IMG/VR virus record: IMGVR_UViG_3300032820_001676
Location: 1 to 29,519 of that record
DNA: 29,519 nucleotides
Reading direction: 5' to 3' (one strand)
DNA from: a virus
Lineage: Duplodnaviria > Caudoviricetes
Shown here in pieces: positions 25,731-29,519 of this stretch. The position numbers and the translations under genes are program-made. The notes under the pieces were generated by a model. It saw only the letters and a program-made list of their open reading frames with translations. It ran no database searches and had not been told where the DNA came from. Every line of letters starts with the position of its first letter. Positions within the stretch are counted from its first letter, which is position 1.

Positions 25731-26084
25731 ATGGTTAAACCATTTTACAAAACACTTCTGATTATTGGAGCCTGTGTGTTAGTGAGTGCTTGTGCAGGTA
25801 AACAAAAACTCACCTTGCAGGAGGCAGGCCATCAATATTGTACAACTACTAAAACTATGGTTGAGCAAGATGGTGTGCTTAAAGAAATCAAAGTAACAGA
25901 GTGTAACGACGATAATGTCAAAAAACTAATGCCACCTAAAATGGGTCTTGGCTCACAATGTCAAGAACATTGGTATTACATAAATTTGGGTGGACGACAA
26001 GTAAAACGGAAAGGTTATGCTTGTTTATTTAAGGGAGATAGCTATGAAACTTCGCGATGGTATATTGTTAAGTCTCCTTATTAG
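25731..26084 (+). CDS. Cys-containing lipoprotein
   Basis: Lipobox VSAC; four further Cys; AAGGAG RBS. Confidence 0.75.
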   Translation: MVKPFYKTLLIIGACVLVSACAGKQKLTLQEAGHQYCTTTKTMVEQDGVLKEIKVTECNDDNVKKLMPPKMGLGSQCQEHWYYINLGGRQVKRKGYACLFKGDSYETSRWYIVKSPY

Positions 26085-26493
26085 TTTTCTTACTGCCTGT
26101 AGTTCAACTGGGGAGAAACTTACATCATATACAAATAGCACTAGTACGACTTCTAGTGTCCAATCTACATACCAACCTAATGACAGTTATGTAAGTGTTA
26201 TTGTTAACTTTACTAAATGGCATTGGTATAGATTACCAGATGAAGACAGACAAGCACAAGAACAGGCTATGTACTTCGCTTTAGATAATATAGAGAACGG
26301 CGAAACTACTAGCTGGTATAATAACGATACTGGAACTAATGGTACTGTTTTAGTATTATCTACATATCCACAAGGTAGTGGATATTGCAGAATAGTAGTA
26401 TCCAGATTAAATTATAAAGGTAAAATGCGTGATTTTAAAGAAACAGCTTGTAGAGAAACCGGCCATCAAGGGTGGCGTTTTATACGATATTGA
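26044..26493 (+). CDS. Lipoprotein with a 17-kDa surface-antigen-like domain
   Basis: Lipobox LTAC; ALD...GETTSWYN..TG..G...YCR...TACRE...GW; GGGAG RBS favours ATG 26044. Confidence 0.8.
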   Translation: MKLRDGILLSLLISFLTACSSTGEKLTSYTNSTSTTSSVQSTYQPNDSYVSVIVNFTKWHWYRLPDEDRQAQEQAMYFALDNIENGETTSWYNNDTGTNGTVLVLSTYPQGSGYCRIVVSRLNYKGKMRDFKETACRETGHQGWRFIRY

Positions 26494-26521
26494 TAATCTA
26501 ACTATATTACGACTGAGATCG

Positions 26522-26573
26522 CTCCCGATAAATATAGTATCAGGGAGAATGAACTCCCTAGTAATATAGGGAG
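26522..26573 (+). promoter_or_regulatory. Late promoter (26529-26534) within alternative CTCCC/GGGAG hairpins covering the RBS
   Basis: CTCCC 26522-26, GGGAG 26543-47, CTCCC 26554-58, GGGAG(SD) 26569-73. Confidence 0.7.
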
Positions 26574-26578
26574 ACTAG

Positions 26579-28540
26579 ATGTTCTTAGCAATTTTAACAT
26601 TCCTTTCTGCAATAACCATTAGTGCAGTAGCAATCTATTATAGTGTCGCCGGGTTGGCGGCAATTTTTGCGGCCGCAGTTATTCCCATTATTATTATGGG
26701 TGTATCTTTAGAGGTCGGTAAATTAGTAACAGCCGTTTGGTTACACCGTAATTGGAATCGTGCAGTCTGGTGGCTTAAAACATACCTTTCTATTGCCGTA
26801 GTCGTATTAATGTTTATTACGTCTATGGGTATTTTTGGCTATCTATCTAAAGCCCATATAGAACAAACAAGTTTAAGCATTGAACAATCTGCTAGTATAG
26901 AAACATTAGATGAAAAGATGATACGTTCGAATGCTAAAATCGAACGTTGGGAAAATGAAATGGATCGCCTATTAAAAGGCGATGATGTTAGAGTAGATAC
27001 ACTAGTTGAAAAAGAACAAATAGCATTAAACAAAGTATATGAACGTATTAACGCAGAAAAGAAAACTGCTAACGATCAAGCAAATAGCGATATTGATGTA
27101 TTAATTAAAGAAAAAGATTCAGCAATAGCAAATGCTGATAGAGAAATTAAATTACAAACTGATCGTTTAAATCAAGCAAAAGAACGTAAAGAAGCAGATA
27201 TTGCCGCGGCACAAAAGAAATTTGAAGAATCATTTGGAGGTTCTAAAAAATTAGAAGAAGCAACAGAAGAAGCTAAAAAGAATGAATTGTCTGTAGCAAG
27301 TGCGGCACAAAGAGAAATTCGTGCTATTAATAAACGTCTAGCAGAAAAAGTAGACAAGATTGATGCACAAATTTTAGTTGTAAAACAAAACCTAGCTAAA
27401 AAATTAGAACAAATAGAAACAACATTTGGTCCTTCAGTTAAAGATATCGAAACTCGTATAGCAGGATTACGTAATCAAGCAAATGTTAAAACACAAGATA
27501 TTGATAAACGTGTAGACGAACTAGAAAAATTTATTGATGCAGAAACTATAGTTGCTGATGGAATACGAGAAGAAAAAGCAGTATTTGAGAAAACATATAG
27601 ACAACTAGAAGCAGACGTTGGGCCAATTAAATATATTGCTGAATTTATTTACGGACAAGAAGCAGATGCAAACCTATTAGAAAGAGCTGTTCGTTGGGTT
27701 ATTATTATAATTATATTTGTTTTTGATCCATTAGCAGTCTTACTATTAATAGCAAGTCAATATTCATTTATGTATAGACGTCATACTGATTGGGGCGGCA
27801 TTGGTCCTAGTCCTTTTGTACCACCTGAAGACTCAGGCCCAAAGGACGATCCCGAGGACGATCCTGAGCCACCAACACCGGCTCCCGAAGAAGAAGTAGA
27901 AGAAGAAGTAGAAGAAGATATGACTCCTATGACTGAGGAAGAAGAATACCGTAATGCAGATATTACTAAAGAAGAAGCAGAAAAACAAGCTGAAAAATTT
28001 ATTGAAAGTGTAATGAATAAACAGCCAGAACAAATGGAACTTGATTTACAAGAACCTGCAGAAGAACCTGACCCAAGACAAATGGAACTTGATTTCGATG
28101 CTGAAGACAAACCTAAATTATCCGAAGACGAACTTAAAAAATTAGACGAAGAAGATGAAGAATGGAAAAAAGCTAAAGCTCAATGGAAGTCTGACAATCC
28201 AAAGGAACAAATTAAAACACAGAAAGTAGCTTATGCTGTTGGCAAAATTAATGAATTTCCTTGGGAAAAAGATTACAGAGATATGAAGGTTAAAAAACAA
28301 ACTGAATCTGAAAAAATGCAAGATGAGTTAGAGCCCATAACTGAACTAGACGAAGCTATGGAAGAAATTGATAACGTAGATAAATGGAACGAATTTATCG
28401 ATAGTGCTAACGAGGCGGCAGAAGCAGAAGATCAAAAAAAAAACTTCCGAAGCACCAATTACTTCACAAAAGTGAGCAACAAACAACTTCTAAAAGAAAC
28501 GAAAGAAGCACCGGAAGACGAGACTACTACACAGAAGTAA
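26579..28540 (+). CDS. Large membrane protein: N-terminal TMs, long coiled coil, TM, acidic tail
   Basis: Hydrophobic N-terminus, ~270-aa heptad region, WVIIIIIFVFDPLAVLLLIA, D/E/P-rich tail. Confidence 0.85.
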   Translation: MFLAILTFLSAITISAVAIYYSVAGLAAIFAAAVIPIIIMGVSLEVGKLVTAVWLHRNWNRAVWWLKTYLSIAVVVLMFITSMGIFGYLSKAHIEQTSLSIEQSASIETLDEKMIRSNAKIERWENEMDRLLKGDDVRVDTLVEKEQIALNKVYERINAEKKTANDQANSDIDVLIKEKDSAIANADREIKLQTDRLNQAKERKEADIAAAQKKFEESFGGSKKLEEATEEAKKNELSVASAAQREIRAINKRLAEKVDKIDAQILVVKQNLAKKLEQIETTFGPSVKDIETRIAGLRNQANVKTQDIDKRVDELEKFIDAETIVADGIREEKAVFEKTYRQLEADVGPIKYIAEFIYGQEADANLLERAVRWVIIIIIFVFDPLAVLLLIASQYSFMYRRHTDWGGIGPSPFVPPEDSGPKDDPEDDPEPPTPAPEEEVEEEVEEDMTPMTEEEEYRNADITKEEAEKQAEKFIESVMNKQPEQMELDLQEPAEEPDPRQMELDFDAEDKPKLSEDELKKLDEEDEEWKKAKAQWKSDNPKEQIKTQKVAYAVGKINEFPWEKDYRDMKVKKQTESEKMQDELEPITELDEAMEEIDNVDKWNEFIDSANEAAEAEDQKKNFRSTNYFTKVSNKQLLKETKEAPEDETTTQK

Positions 28541-28624
28541 TTGAACCGGAAAATTATATTCAAAATGCCGAACAGAACCAAGAATCTGTTTGGAACAAAA
28601 TAAACACTAATAAGTAGTTACACT

Positions 28625-29041
28625 ATGTCAACACCAGTAATTAATTTAATTACACCGCCTGATAAACTATTCACAAAGGAATTAAGTTTTCTTTTAGTTA
28701 ATCCTAGCGACACAATTAAATCTCAATTCAATGACATCTTTAAACACATTCAAAAAACTGTTAATCTATACTTAATGGAAGAATCTACTCCTATTAATGA
28801 TGTAGATATGATTGAATGGTGCGTTGAAGTTAGTCATATAGTTAATTATGTTATTATTGATATTGACAATACTAAAGACTTGACTTGGTTAGTTGGATAT
28901 CTTTTAAGTTTTGATAAAACTTACTACTTGACAAAAGATATGCAAATGCCGTATAATGTAATTAATAACAAAAGAATATATGATGTCAAGCAATTTGCAG
29001 AAGGAGTAAATTACTTTGCAAACGAGCGACCACAGACCTAA
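28625..29041 (+). CDS. Hypothetical phage protein
   Basis: ORF with TAAGTA at 28611-28616. Confidence 0.75.
   Translation: MSTPVINLITPPDKLFTKELSFLLVNPSDTIKSQFNDIFKHIQKTVNLYLMEESTPINDVDMIEWCVEVSHIVNYVIIDIDNTKDLTWLVGYLLSFDKTYYLTKDMQMPYNVINNKRIYDVKQFAEGVNYFANERPQT
28928..28957 (+). promoter_or_regulatory. Gene-internal sigma70 promoter upstream of bS21-guaC
   Basis: TTGACA-18nt-TATAAT. Confidence 0.7.
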
Positions 29042-29249
29042 AGGTCTACAAGTAATTGTTAAAAATGGTAACATTGACAAGGCAATCAGAAAACTGAAAA
29101 AGAAGGTTGCCGATGATGGTATTCTTGTAGATTATAAAGAAAAGCAGTATTATGAAAAACCCAGTGATAAACGTAAAAAAGCTAAAGCGGCTGGTAGAGC
29201 TAGGGAACAACTAAAGTTGAAACGAAGATTGGAAGAATATGGATTTTAA
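29016..29249 (+). CDS. rpsU: Ribosomal protein bS21
   Basis: VIVKNGNIDKAIRKLKKK...YYEKPSDKRKK; TTG start with AAGGAG. Confidence 0.92.
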   Translation: MQTSDHRPKGLQVIVKNGNIDKAIRKLKKKVADDGILVDYKEKQYYEKPSDKRKKAKAAGRAREQLKLKRRLEEYGF

Positions 29250-29264
29250 TCATGGAGTTAATCG

Positions 29265-29519
29265 ATGAGAATCGAAGAAGAGATTAAATTAGATTATAAA
29301 GATGTTTTGTTTAAACCAAAACGGAGTAAGTTAACAAGTCGTAAAGATGTTGACTTAATGAGAACATTTAAATTCCATAATAGTGGTCGAACGTGGACAG
29401 GTATTCCTGTTATGGCATCTAATATGGATGGCGTCGGCACATTTTCTATGGCTAAAGTATTTCAACAACAGAAAATGCTAACAATTATTAGAAAGCATTA
29501 TTCAGTTGATGACTGGAAA
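29265..29519 (+). CDS. guaC: GMP reductase, 5' part
   Basis: Not in the track. MRIEEEIKLDYKDVLFKPKRSKLTSRKDVDL.RTFKF...WTGIPVMASNMDGVGTF. Confidence 0.93.
   Translation, partial: MRIEEEIKLDYKDVLFKPKRSKLTSRKDVDLMRTFKFHNSGRTWTGIPVMASNMDGVGTFSMAKVFQQQKMLTIIRKHYSVDDWK

Noticed and set aside
1-29519. Stop-codon reassignment as seen in some large phages
   Set aside because: Known genes are full length in code 11 and use TAA, TAG and TGA as stops; no suppressor anticodon seen

Overview
AT-rich segment of a large T4-like (myovirus-type) bacteriophage genome. The alpha-type circularly permuted tmRNA suggests an alphaproteobacterial host, probably marine (inference). From left to right: a VOC/glyoxalase gene and tRNA-Gly; a late block (TAAATA promoters) of probable head-packaged proteins, including a Pol-beta-type nucleotidyltransferase, a KxDG ligase-fold protein, two very basic paralogues and an acidic scaffold-like protein; four HxH 2OG-Fe(II) oxygenases around a NifU domain; a PD-(D/E)xK exonuclease; a beta-helix fibre; class Ia nrdA/nrdB with glutaredoxin; a PAAR-amidase fusion; a translation/nucleoid cluster (Hc1-like, cold-shock protein, bL12, two-piece tmRNA, tRNA-Ala and tRNA-Asp, later bS21); cNMP-binding, deaminase, SNase, SET and SleB genes; three lipoproteins; a large membrane coiled-coil protein; and the start of guaC. 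The most unusual signals are RNA-level: a complete tRNA-Trp(CCA) with a G3:U70 pair nested in the sense strand of an open CDS, two A9/A10 slippery sites that each open a -1 frame extension, a four-element CTCCC/GGGAG hairpin relay around a late promoter, and a permuted tmRNA with a 29-aa tag. All calls come from motif recognition by eye; no database searches were run.
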